Shown piece after piece: positions 38,090-46,805 of a stretch of 64,000 bases of DNA (the stretch's first letter is position 1; the number at the start of each line of letters is the position of its first letter). Made by a program: the position numbers and the translations under genes. The stretch is from a virus. The notes under the pieces were generated by a model. It saw only the letters and a program-made list of their open reading frames with translations, was not told where the DNA came from and did not search any database. The stretch lies in IMG/VR virus record IMGVR_UViG_3300043313_001352, positions 1 to 64,000 of that record. One strand, given 5' to 3'.

Positions 38090-38454
38090 TGAGCGAGCCC
38101 GAGATCCACATCGACGTCGACCCGATGCTGTACCTGGCCGCGTTCATCGAGGACAACCTCGACACGATCGACCACCTCAAGAGCGCGGGCGACATGATGG
38201 GTGCGCCGGAGTTCGCCGGTGCTGTGGCGTCGGTGGGCCACGACGCGATCGCACACGCCCACGAGCAACTGGAGTCGCTGATCGCTGCGGACAAGACCTG
38301 GCAGCCCTGCTACGGGACGTGGTGCGTCATGGTCTACGAGGACACCGATCCCGAGATGGGCGACATCAACCGCTGCACGGTGCACAACTACCTGGTGCTC
38401 GGGGACATCTACGTCTGCGAGGGCTACCAAGCCCCGCCGTACGTCGGGCCATGA
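38089..38454 (+). CDS. Hypothetical protein
   Basis: TGATG coupling. Confidence 0.65.
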   Translation: MSEPEIHIDVDPMLYLAAFIEDNLDTIDHLKSAGDMMGAPEFAGAVASVGHDAIAHAHEQLESLIAADKTWQPCYGTWCVMVYEDTDPEMGDINRCTVHNYLVLGDIYVCEGYQAPPYVGP

Positions 38455-38738
38455 GCCGCACCAACGTCTACCGGGACGGCAAGGTGCACGTGATGGAGGC
38501 CAAGTGCTCCACGTGCATCTACCGGCCCGGCAACCTGATGCACCTCGAACCAGGTCGCAAGGACGCGATGCAGGCCGACGCGATCGCTGACGAGGGTGTG
38601 ATCCCGTGCCACAAGACGATCCACGGTGCGCGCGAGCAGGAGAGCGTCTGCCGGGGGTTCTTCGATGTCGCCAAGCACGAGGGGCTGCTGGCCGTGGCCG
38701 AGCGGATGGACATCATCGAGTTCACGCCCACCGCGTGA
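38451..38738 (+). CDS. Cys-rich actinophage protein
   Basis: CSTCIYRPGNLMHL...CHKT...CRGFFD. Confidence 0.7.
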   Translation: MSRTNVYRDGKVHVMEAKCSTCIYRPGNLMHLEPGRKDAMQADAIADEGVIPCHKTIHGAREQESVCRGFFDVAKHEGLLAVAERMDIIEFTPTA

Positions 38739-38777
38739 GCCGCACGCCGACAGAGTTCTGTCGGTGCTGCGTGGTGG

Positions 38778-38913
38778 ACTGACGTTTATGCAGAGCTGGC
38801 CCGAGGTCCCCCCGCCACCACCTCCCGATCCCATGGCTGGATTGGGCAATCCAGATTCCCCATGTTACGATTACGAGGTAATCGAACATGACCCAGAGAC
38901 GAAGGACGAAGCG
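38778..38913 (+). promoter_or_regulatory. Module 14
   Basis: ACTGACGTTTATGCAG ends 38793; TACGAT at 38866; CGATTAC-gag-GTAATCG. Confidence 0.75.
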
Positions 38914-39279
38914 ATGACCAGCACGATGGAGAAGCCCGCCAAGGGCAAGAAGGGCAAGGGCGCCAAGACGCCGACCACCAAGGACAGCCGCATCGCGGAC
39001 GTCACTGCGGTGCTCGCCAGCGTCGATGCAGGTGAGGCGCTGCGCGACCGGATCAAGGCCATGCAGGCCGAACTCAAGATCCACGAGGACAACGTCAAGG
39101 ACGCGCTGGGCGAGGCCACCACCGGCGTCGATGCCAAGGGCAAGGTCGTGGTGCGCTACCCGTTCCGCAACCGCTCGGGTCTGTCGAAGGAGAAGGTCAA
39201 GGACCGGCTCTCCCCGACCGACTACGCCGAGTGCGAGACGGTCACCGAGTACCGCACCCTGCTCTACGGCGAGGGCTGA
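38914..39279 (+). CDS. Coiled-coil phage protein resembling the C-terminal part of YqaJ-type exonucleases
   Basis: IKAMQAELK...VKDALGEAT.G...GKVVVRY...Y.EC...TEYRTL. Confidence 0.55.
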   Translation: MTSTMEKPAKGKKGKGAKTPTTKDSRIADVTAVLASVDAGEALRDRIKAMQAELKIHEDNVKDALGEATTGVDAKGKVVVRYPFRNRSGLSKEKVKDRLSPTDYAECETVTEYRTLLYGEG

Positions 39280-39284
39280 GCGCC

Positions 39285-39647
39285 ATGTGGATGAACGAGC
39301 ACGAGGTCGAGGAGACCTTCGACCGCCTCGACAGCGCCCACCCGGCAGTGCCGAACCTCGCGGCCGGAGCATCCGTGCTGGACGCGCTGGTCGCCTGGAC
39401 CAACGCCAACTCCGACGGCTGGCCCTACTGGCAGAAGCCGTCCAAGGCTGCCAACAGCCTGATGACGGTGCTGCACAACCGGGACTACGCGATCCGGTTC
39501 GGCCACGACCGTGAGGGCAAGCCGCTGGAGGACATCACCACGGCTGAGCTGGCCCTGGTGCTGCGCCCGATCAAGGCGTTCCTGACCCGGCAGGAGATCG
39601 ACTGGAACGCCGACCTGCCGTGGGCGGCGCTGTTCCCGGCTGCTTGA
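39285..39647 (+). CDS. Conserved actinophage hypothetical protein
   Basis: WTNANSDGWPYWQKPSKAA...LRPIKAFLTR. Confidence 0.7.
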   Translation: MWMNEHEVEETFDRLDSAHPAVPNLAAGASVLDALVAWTNANSDGWPYWQKPSKAANSLMTVLHNRDYAIRFGHDREGKPLEDITTAELALVLRPIKAFLTRQEIDWNADLPWAALFPAA

Positions 39648-39744
39648 GCCTGTCGAGAGGATGGACCTAGCCCGGCTTCCGCTGCAGTCCCCCCACTGCC
39701 GGAAGCCGGGTCTAGGCTGTCCCCAAGCGACGAAGGGACGAACG

Positions 39745-39948
39745 ATGTACGTGCACCGGGACAAGCGAGGCGGGGTCACCCTGACCCCCGACGAGGCAGA
39801 GATCACCGACCTGTTCTTGCTGTTCGTCCTCGAAGGCGAGGACATTCCGGAGGCCGCGCAGTACGCCCTCTCGGCGACTCCGAACCCGGACCCCAAGTTC
39901 GCTGCCTGGCTGCGCCAGGGGATGCTCAGCCACGAGCGAGCTGACTGA
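39745..39948 (+). CDS. Small hypothetical protein
   Basis: GACGAAGGGAC leader; stop overlaps next box. Confidence 0.6.
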   Translation: MYVHRDKRGGVTLTPDEAEITDLFLLFVLEGEDIPEAAQYALSATPNPDPKFAAWLRQGMLSHERAD

Positions 39949-40040
39949 CGTTTACGCAGCCCAGGCGCACCGCACGAAGCGCAGGCTGTCCACGTCCTGT
40001 GGTAAACTGTCCTTAGACAGAACGACGAAAGGACACCCGC
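39944..40040 (+). promoter_or_regulatory. Module 15
   Basis: Box ends 39959; TAAACT at 40003. Confidence 0.8.
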
Positions 40041-40226
40041 ATGGACCCGAACGAGACGCTGCAGATCATCCGCAACACCATCGCGCAGATGCGTGTGGAC
40101 GAGCACCCGGCCATCCGCAAGCAGCACGCTGACGACCTGGCCGAGCACTTCGAGGCGCTCGATGAGTGGCTGTCCAACGAGGGCTTCCTGCCCGGCGCGT
40201 GGGCGATCCCCGGCGAGCGTGGCTGA
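40041..40226 (+). CDS. Small conserved actinophage protein
   Basis: MDPNETL...ALDEWLSNEGFLPGAW. Confidence 0.75.
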   Translation: MDPNETLQIIRNTIAQMRVDEHPAIRKQHADDLAEHFEALDEWLSNEGFLPGAWAIPGERG

Positions 40227-40375
40227 TGGACCCGTACTGCGAGGACTGTGGGCTCAGCCTGCACGCGCAGGCCGAGAAGGCGATCGCCTCCGGTGAGTGG
40301 CAGATGGTCTGGGCCGACGCCGACGGCTCCTGGATCTGCCCGCAGACCGGCAACGAGCACCGGCCGCAGAACTAG
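40226..40375 (+). CDS. Small Zn-binding protein
   Basis: CEDCG...C...EH. Confidence 0.5.
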   Translation: MDPYCEDCGLSLHAQAEKAIASGEWQMVWADADGSWICPQTGNEHRPQN

Positions 40376-40620
40376 GCCGAGGCGCTGCTCTGCATCTTGT
40401 TCAGGCGCTCCTGCAGTTCAGCGATCTGCGACTGGATGTGCTCGGCATCCACGCGACCGCGAGGCTTCGGCTCGACACCCTCCAGCGCAGCCTGCTGGCT
40501 GTAGAGCGTGTCGAACTCGCCCTGGTGCTGGTTGATGAGCAGCTGCGTGGCGCGGTAGCGCGCCCGGTTCGCCGCACGCACCTGGGCCTTGTGCTTGTCG
40601 GGATCTGATCGAGTGACCAT
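40372..40620 (-). CDS. Small basic/coiled-coil protein
   Basis: AAGGAAG RBS; RARYRATQLLINQHQGEFDTLY. Confidence 0.65.
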   Translation of the reverse strand: MVTRSDPDKHKAQVRAANRARYRATQLLINQHQGEFDTLYSQQAALEGVEPKPRGRVDAEHIQSQIAELQERLNKMQSSASA

Positions 40621-40793
40621 GAGAGTTCTTCCTTCGGGTTGTCTTCCGTCGCTGGGCCAGTTGCTAGACCCCAGACAACCGGCTGTGCCGAATACGACCA
40701 GGGTCTAGGGTCGTGATCCTTGTGCGGATCCTGTTCGGTACTGCTGAGTGTACCGCAGTCCACGTCTCGTTCCGCCAAACAGGCCCAGAAGCT

Positions 40794-40875
40794 ACTGACG
40801 TTTATGCAGACAGGGCTGTACCCGCAACCACGCGGGGCAATCATGCGGGCTGTGGCAGGCTCAGCGTGCTGAGCC
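40794..40875 (+). promoter_or_regulatory. Module 16 (non-consensus -10)
   Basis: Box ends 40809; TGTGG-CAGGCT with GGCTCAGC-gt-GCTGAGCC. Confidence 0.6.
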
Positions 40876-41024
40876 GGGACACACCTACTGAGCAGGGCAA
40901 ACGCCGCACGACGTTGTGTCGGTGGGGTGCCCTAGGGTCAGGACCGTTAGCCAACCTCAGTGCTGACCACACATCTAGACCAGCAGCAGACCACCCGCCC
41001 CGCGATTATGGGGTGACGCAATCC

Positions 41025-41078
41025 TGTGGTAGGCTCTGGGTACAGAGCCAGACAGTGAACGACGAAAGGACGCATGAC
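41025..41078 (+). promoter_or_regulatory. Promoter and leader of AAA gene
   Basis: TGTGG-TAGGCT, GGCTCTG-ggta-CAGAGCC, AACGACGAAAGGAC. Confidence 0.75.
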
Positions 41079-42416
41079 GTGAGTACCAAGAGCACCGCCG
41101 TGATGATGCAACTCGCCACGGCCGATGGGGATTCCAAGCAGCAGATGGTGGTCTTCGCCAACAAGGCGGTCTACCGCCGCAGCCTGACCGAGGGCACCCG
41201 CACCCGCTGGCGCTACGCCAGCGTGGGCGACCTGCCGACGTGGGTCGAGGGCTACGTGAACCTCACGCAGGCCGCGCCCACCCCGATGAGCATCAGCCAC
41301 GGCGCCACCCTGATGGAGGTCACCGAGGACGAGGCAACCGAGGCCGAGGGCGGCGCGTTCCCGAGGAACGTGGGGCTGCGCTACTCCCGCGTGATCGACG
41401 CGATGGACGCGGACCCGACCAGCAACGTCCCGACACCGGACGTGAAGCAGTACGTGCAGGACTGGCTGGACGCGCAGGGCCGCGACGACAACGCGTGGAT
41501 CGACACGCACGTGCACTCCGCAGGCACGTGCGTGATCAAGCCCGCCGCACCTGAGCCTGAGCCGGAGGAAGAGCCGGAGGTCACCGTGGCCACCACGACG
41601 GGCGGCTGGACCTACCCCGAGACCAAGGGCGGCTACATCACCCGCCCGAACGGGACCAAGTACAAGGTCCGCACGCTGGACGGCACGCCCGACGTGCAGG
41701 TGATCCGCGAGGCTCGCCCCGACCGCGAGCACGTGTTCCTCTACGGCGAGCCGGGGACCGGCAAGACGGCACTGGTCGACTCCGCATTCGGCACCGATCT
41801 GGTGACCATGCTGGGCACCGAGGACACCGAGGTCGCGGACTTCATCGGCGGCTACACCGTGCGCGGTGGCGGCTCCTACGGCTGGACGGACGGCGCGCTC
41901 ACCGAAGCCATGGAGCGCAAGGTCCCGCTGTTCATCGACGAGATTGGGGTGATCGCTCCCAAGGTGCTCACCACCGTGTTCTCGGTGATGGACGGCCGCG
42001 ACGAGATTCGGATCACCGCGAACCCCGACCGGGGCATCGTGACCGCTGGGCACGGCTTCTTCGTGCTGGCAGCCACGAACCCGCACGCTCCCGGCGTGCG
42101 GCTCTCCGAGGCGCTGCTCTCCCGGTTCGCGATCCACCTTGAGGTCGGCAGCGACTACTCCGTGTGCCGCGAGATGGGGGTGCCGGACGTGCTGGTCACC
42201 GCCGCCGAGAACTTGGACAAGCGCCGCGCCACCGGCGAGATTGGCTGGGCACCGCAGATGCGTGAACTGCTCCGCGCCAAGGCGCAGTGGACCAAGCGCG
42301 GCGACGCGTTCGCGATCCGCAACCTGATCAGCGGCGCACCCGAGGACGACCGCGAGGTCGTGGCCGAGGTCATGGCCCGCACCACCGGGAAGAAGTTGAC
42401 CGGGCTGGTCCTCTGA
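41079..42416 (+). CDS. MoxR-type AAA+ ATPase (CbbQ/NirQ/NorQ-like)
   Basis: GEPGTGKT, LFIDEIG, AATNP, LSEALLSRF, MRELL; GTG start after leader. Confidence 0.9.
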   Translation: MSTKSTAVMMQLATADGDSKQQMVVFANKAVYRRSLTEGTRTRWRYASVGDLPTWVEGYVNLTQAAPTPMSISHGATLMEVTEDEATEAEGGAFPRNVGLRYSRVIDAMDADPTSNVPTPDVKQYVQDWLDAQGRDDNAWIDTHVHSAGTCVIKPAAPEPEPEEEPEVTVATTTGGWTYPETKGGYITRPNGTKYKVRTLDGTPDVQVIREARPDREHVFLYGEPGTGKTALVDSAFGTDLVTMLGTEDTEVADFIGGYTVRGGGSYGWTDGALTEAMERKVPLFIDEIGVIAPKVLTTVFSVMDGRDEIRITANPDRGIVTAGHGFFVLAATNPHAPGVRLSEALLSRFAIHLEVGSDYSVCREMGVPDVLVTAAENLDKRRATGEIGWAPQMRELLRAKAQWTKRGDAFAIRNLISGAPEDDREVVAEVMARTTGKKLTGLVL

Positions 42417-42530
42417 GACTTCCGCCCCGCGTCGTTGCAGGCGCGGGGCGGGGGACCGTTCACAGTGAACGGCTCTGTAGTCGCTGGCGTCAGCTCGCAG
42501 TCGAGCTGGCGCCAGCGCAGCCAGGAACCG

Positions 42531-42687
42531 CACTGACGTTTACGCAGCCAGGCGCGCTGGACACGGCGCAGGCGTGGACAGGGCGAGGGTGCACCAGTTT
42601 GGTAATGACTGGCTCATGGTGTAAACTGAGGTTACGAGGTCAGGGTGACTCCCGGCCACACAGACAGAACGACGAAAGGACAGGGCC
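42531..42687 (+). promoter_or_regulatory. Module 17
   Basis: Box ends 42547; TAAACT at 42622. Confidence 0.75.
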
Positions 42688-44523
42688 ATGGGCCACATCT
42701 TGTACGGCAAGGTCGAGAGCACTGTGAACAAGAGCGACGACGACTGGTACGGCGTCGCGGCGCAGGTCGGCAAGTTCACGAACAAGCGTGCGCACCGCAC
42801 CGATATCACCGCAGTCGTGTCCAGCACTGCTGGCATGGGCGCTCCCGCGTGCTTCATCCCCTCGCTCGCTGAGATGCACATCAACACCGAGGCCGCTCCC
42901 ATGGGTCCTCCCGACAAGGTCAATCTGGACGACCGCATGTGGATGCTCACCTACGCCCCGAGCGTGGGCGCGTGCACCCACGAAGCGGCACACGCCCGCC
43001 ACACGCACTGGGACCCCCGCGACCTGATGGAGAACTACGAGGCCACCCGCAAGATGGTCGACGTGATCACCACGCTGGAAGAGCCGCGCATCGAGGCACA
43101 GGCGCTGCGCTTCCACCCTGACTCGCGTCCCTTCCTGCGGGGCTGCGCGATGGAGATTGTCGGGCGCGACTTCGTGATCCCCGACTCCCGGTACGGCGCT
43201 GCCGCTGCTGCTGGTCTGCTGCTGGCGCGGGTCGATGCCAAGGTGCTCACGCGCCGCGAGGCGTCGACGTTCCGCCGCGATATCGCTGCGGTGCTGGGCG
43301 AGACGCTGGACGTGTTGGAGCCGCTGTGGCAGCGCTTCCTGATGCTGCACGACCACGACTACGCGGGCATGGTGGAGATTGCCGCCGCGTGGCTGGACGC
43401 GCTGGGCGAGGACCCCGAGGACGCCTCCGAGATGGTGGGCGAGTCGATGATGGGCGAGCCGCTTCCCGGCGACCCCGGCGAGGATGACGGCTCTGGCAAG
43501 GGCGAGGGCGGCGAGGGTGAGGGCGACGAGTCCAAGGGTGAGGCGTCCGGCTTCGGCGACAAGATCATGGGCAAGGTGCACATCACCGAGTCCAAGATGG
43601 ACAAGGAGGTCACCGAGGCTCGCGGCGAAGAGCGCGCCGAGCGTGCTCGCGCCGAGCGCCGCACCGACGCCGAGCGCCGCAAGGCTGCCGAGGGTCCGCA
43701 CGCCGAGGCGTTCGCGCACACCGGGCTGCACGGCTACACGCCGGACGGGTTCGCGCACTACGCGGGGTCACGCCCGCCGAGCGCCGACGAGCGCCGTGCG
43801 GCCAAGTCGCTGGCCCGGTCCTTGGAGAAGATCGACTACCGCGACCGTGCGGTGACCAAGGTCCGCAGCGTGGTGCCTCCCGGCCGTCTGGTCGGGCGGG
43901 CTGCGGTGCAGGCCGACGCGATGACCGAGCAGGGCCGGGACGCCTCCGGTGTCGAGGTCTGGTCCGGCAAGCGCCGCAAGCGCGTCGAGTCCACGCCGCT
44001 GACGATCGGGTTCCTCGGGGATATCTCGGGGTCGATGAACGCAGCCATGGAGCCGCTGGCATCGAGCCAGTGGGTCGTGAGCACCGCAGGCGCGCACGTG
44101 GATGCCAAGGTCGCCAGCGTGCACTTCGGTGATCAGGTGCACGGCATCACGCCCGCTGGCGTGCGGGAGAAGGACGTGCGCCTGTTCGCGCCGTACGACG
44201 GCAGCGAGGCGTTCAAGGACGCAGCGCTGGCGATCGACAAGGAACTGAACCTGCTGGACGGGCGGGGTGCTCGCATCCTGTTCATCGCCAGCGACGGGCA
44301 GTACGTGAACGGCACCGATATGGCCTACGCCGCGAAGTGGATTCCGTTGGCCAAGCGCAAGGGTGTTGCGGTGATCTACCTCAACTTCCTCGGGTCGATG
44401 AACCCGACCGGCGTGGCCGGGTCCAAGGTGATCGACTGCGTCCGCAAGTCTCCCGCCGAGGTCGCCGCGCTGTGCGGGAAGATCGCGATCGCGGAGGTCC
44501 GCAAGATCGACCAGCGGGTCTAG
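42688..44523 (+). CDS. VWA-domain protein with N-terminal HExxH domain (CobT/NorD-like partner)
   Basis: HEAAH...LEEPRIE; acidic linker; MIDAS DISGSM and SDG. Confidence 0.88.
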   Translation: MGHILYGKVESTVNKSDDDWYGVAAQVGKFTNKRAHRTDITAVVSSTAGMGAPACFIPSLAEMHINTEAAPMGPPDKVNLDDRMWMLTYAPSVGACTHEAAHARHTHWDPRDLMENYEATRKMVDVITTLEEPRIEAQALRFHPDSRPFLRGCAMEIVGRDFVIPDSRYGAAAAAGLLLARVDAKVLTRREASTFRRDIAAVLGETLDVLEPLWQRFLMLHDHDYAGMVEIAAAWLDALGEDPEDASEMVGESMMGEPLPGDPGEDDGSGKGEGGEGEGDESKGEASGFGDKIMGKVHITESKMDKEVTEARGEERAERARAERRTDAERRKAAEGPHAEAFAHTGLHGYTPDGFAHYAGSRPPSADERRAAKSLARSLEKIDYRDRAVTKVRSVVPPGRLVGRAAVQADAMTEQGRDASGVEVWSGKRRKRVESTPLTIGFLGDISGSMNAAMEPLASSQWVVSTAGAHVDAKVASVHFGDQVHGITPAGVREKDVRLFAPYDGSEAFKDAALAIDKELNLLDGRGARILFIASDGQYVNGTDMAYAAKWIPLAKRKGVAVIYLNFLGSMNPTGVAGSKVIDCVRKSPAEVAALCGKIAIAEVRKIDQRV

Positions 44524-44537
44524 CCCGCACCCAAGCC

Positions 44538-44613
44538 GGGGTCCGGCTCACCGACTCGTCATCGGGCTGCGTGAGGTCGTTACGTCCTTTCGTCCCTCAC
44601 CGAGCCGGACCCC
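44538..44613 (+). ncRNA. Candidate RNA with loop antisense to the shared leader
   Basis: 12-bp closing stem; GTGAGG/CCTCAC stem with loop containing GTCCTTTCGTC. Confidence 0.5.
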
Positions 44614-44654
44614 ACCTAGCACGACAACGACACAACGACAGAACGGAGCACGGC

Positions 44655-44849
44655 ATGTTGAACACAACGATCAAGGACTGGCAGGTGGTCTGCGGGCTGC
44701 GTTGCCGGTGGGGCTTCCGAGCCGCTGACGGCACGGAGGTCTGGCGGCAGCGCGGCATCGCGCTGGCAGTGCTGCGCAAGGACACCACCGTGTTCCTGCT
44801 GCGGGTGCCCTACACGCTGCGCACCTACCCAGGGGTGGTGTGGTCATGA
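44655..44849 (+). CDS. Small hypothetical protein
   Basis: ACAACGAC leader repeats, GGAG RBS. Confidence 0.5.
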   Translation: MLNTTIKDWQVVCGLRCRWGFRAADGTEVWRQRGIALAVLRKDTTVFLLRVPYTLRTYPGVVWS

Positions 44850-45187
44850 GCACCCCTGACTTCCGCAACGAGGACCCGGTCTGGGTCCGGTACGCCGAGA
44901 TGACCAGCGGCGGGCACGACAAGTTCTACGAGCTGACCATCCACCTGCACGACGACGGCCTCTTCTACGTCCAGAAGCGGTGGGGCCGACGCCCCGACGC
45001 GGGCGGCGGGCAGATCAAGGTCGAGTACTACGCGAGCCTGGACTCCGCGCAGGGCATCGCGATCGGCATGCTCCGCGAGAAGTTGGCCAAGGGCTACCGC
45101 GAGGTCGAGCGCCCCTTCGGCGCCGGGCAGCGAGTCCGCCGTGAGCACGGGCCGGACTTCTACGCCGAGGGCACCGAGGCGTTCTAG
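44846..45187 (+). CDS. WGR-domain protein
   Basis: DKFYEL...VQKRWGR...GQ...EKLAKGYRE. Confidence 0.85.
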   Translation: MSTPDFRNEDPVWVRYAEMTSGGHDKFYELTIHLHDDGLFYVQKRWGRRPDAGGGQIKVEYYASLDSAQGIAIGMLREKLAKGYREVERPFGAGQRVRREHGPDFYAEGTEAF

Positions 45188-45235
45188 CCGCATCAACCGG
45201 CCGCCGCCTGGCGGCCGGTTTCGGCAGTGACGTCT

Positions 45236-45346
45236 ACTGACGTTTACGCAGCCTGGCGGCTACCTGGTGGGCTGGCCTGGTTTGCCTGCTGATCTAGATG
45301 GTGTAGACTGTTCTCAACAGCCCAACGACGACAAGGACACACTGAC
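45236..45346 (+). promoter_or_regulatory. Module 18
   Basis: Box ends 45251; TAGACT at 45304; CTGTT-ctc-AACAG. Confidence 0.8.
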
Positions 45347-45709
45347 ATGGCTACTGCTTACAGCCCGCCCGAGGGTTTCGAGCCCCCGCAGATCACGCTG
45401 GAGAACATGCGTGATGGCTCCTACGAGCGCGAGGAGGCTGCCTTCCTCGAACGGCTCGCCGACCGCGCCAAGATGAACGGCACCAGCCCGCTGCTGGGCG
45501 AGGTGGTCCGCTGGTCGCGTGCCGACGGCTACGCGCAGTACATGGTCTGGAACACCAAGCCGCTGCAACTGATCCACCTCAACCTCATCGACGGCTACTC
45601 GATCGAGCCCGCGCTGATCCGGGGCCTCCGGGTCGCCGACATCCGCGACATGGTCGAGAGCGCTGCCCGGCTGCGCGCGCTGTTCAGCCGGAAGCGGGAC
45701 GAGTCATGA
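45347..45709 (+). CDS. Conserved phage hypothetical protein
   Basis: GEVVRWSRADGYAQYMV...LIHL...DGY. Confidence 0.75.
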   Translation: MATAYSPPEGFEPPQITLENMRDGSYEREEAAFLERLADRAKMNGTSPLLGEVVRWSRADGYAQYMVWNTKPLQLIHLNLIDGYSIEPALIRGLRVADIRDMVESAARLRALFSRKRDES

Positions 45710-45975
45710 GCACGATCTCCCGGACCATCTTCACCTTCGAGGTGCTGCACCGCACCGACCAGCCGTGCGTCGAACTGGACGAGGCGCTGGAGCGTGCCTC
45801 GGACGGCCACGCCGTCGGCATGGTCACCTCCGAGAAGACCGTCGAGGTCCCGGACACCGAGGTGCCCGAGACGCTGATCGACTTCGGCAGCGATGGCGAG
45901 TTCTTCGATGACGACCTGGGTGTCGGCACCGAGACCTACACCGTCGTCATCGACGAGAAGAACTGGGACAACTGA
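45706..45975 (+). CDS. Acidic hypothetical protein
   Basis: ATGA coupling. Confidence 0.65.
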   Translation: MSTISRTIFTFEVLHRTDQPCVELDEALERASDGHAVGMVTSEKTVEVPDTEVPETLIDFGSDGEFFDDDLGVGTETYTVVIDEKNWDN

Positions 45976-46214
45976 TGGCCGAGCAGCAGTACACCCAAGA
46001 GCAGGTCAGCGCCGCGCTGAACAAGGCCGCCGACGACATCATCGAGGCCACCGAGGCGGAGGACGAAGGGCTGCGCGACGCGCTGAACCTGATGGTCAAC
46101 GCCGTCGGCTCCTACCTCTGGGACGGCGCTGAGGATCTGGGTGAGGTGGCGGTCAAGAACTACGACGCCGACCTCGACTCGATCGTCGGCTGGATCCAGC
46201 AGGGGACCCGATGA
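45975..46214 (+). CDS. Acidic hypothetical protein
   Basis: TGATG coupling. Confidence 0.65.
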   Translation: MAEQQYTQEQVSAALNKAADDIIEATEAEDEGLRDALNLMVNAVGSYLWDGAEDLGEVAVKNYDADLDSIVGWIQQGTR

Positions 46215-46483
46215 GCGAGGAGCCCCGCGATCGGGTCAAGAACCCCTCGATCAACTTCCCGCAGACGGCGGAGGAGGCGCAGCGCGCCATCGTCCAGCAG
46301 GTCCGCCGGATGCTGTTCGAGGAGCACAGCGCGGGCTACTCGCCGCTGACCAAGACCCGCACCGACGACGCTGGCTTCGGCACCGTCCGCAGGCCGCAGC
46401 AGACCAAGTGGCTCAACGACGCCGCCGACCTGATCGGGGCCGTCATCGGCGACAAGCTGGACGAGATCGAGGCGGTGATCTGA
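46211..46483 (+). CDS. Hypothetical protein
   Basis: Coupled. Confidence 0.6.
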   Translation: MSEEPRDRVKNPSINFPQTAEEAQRAIVQQVRRMLFEEHSAGYSPLTKTRTDDAGFGTVRRPQQTKWLNDAADLIGAVIGDKLDEIEAVI

Positions 46484-46794
46484 TGACCGACGTGAAGCAG
46501 TGGATCGTGATCGGCACCTCGATGATCATCGAGGACGAGCCGGACGCTGAAGCGGCCATCAACCGCGCCCAGGACATGAGCGGCTGGAACTGGGAGGCCA
46601 TCCCGGCGGTGGACCTGAACCCACTGGTGCACTACGCGAACGTGCTGGAGGCCGCCCAGGAGGCCCAGGACGCTGCGCTGGGCGACTCCAACGACACCGA
46701 GATCGAGTTGCTCCGGGACGCGCTGGAGATGGCGCTGAGCGCACTGCACCTCGAACTGCCCGAGCCCCGCGACCCGGACGACGAAGACGCGTAG
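46483..46794 (+). CDS. Acidic hypothetical protein
   Basis: Coupled. Confidence 0.6.
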   Translation: MTDVKQWIVIGTSMIIEDEPDAEAAINRAQDMSGWNWEAIPAVDLNPLVHYANVLEAAQEAQDAALGDSNDTEIELLRDALEMALSALHLELPEPRDPDDEDA

Positions 46795-46805
46795 GTTAGG
46801 TAACC

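Noticed and set aside
40713-41078. N-terminal 122 aa of the AAA ORF as listed in the track
   Set aside because: Covers the box, promoters and leader; GTG at 41079 follows the conserved RBS.
26626-45251. Integron with attC cassettes
   Set aside because: No integrase in the window, no attC-like long imperfect palindromes, and each unit has its own promoter.
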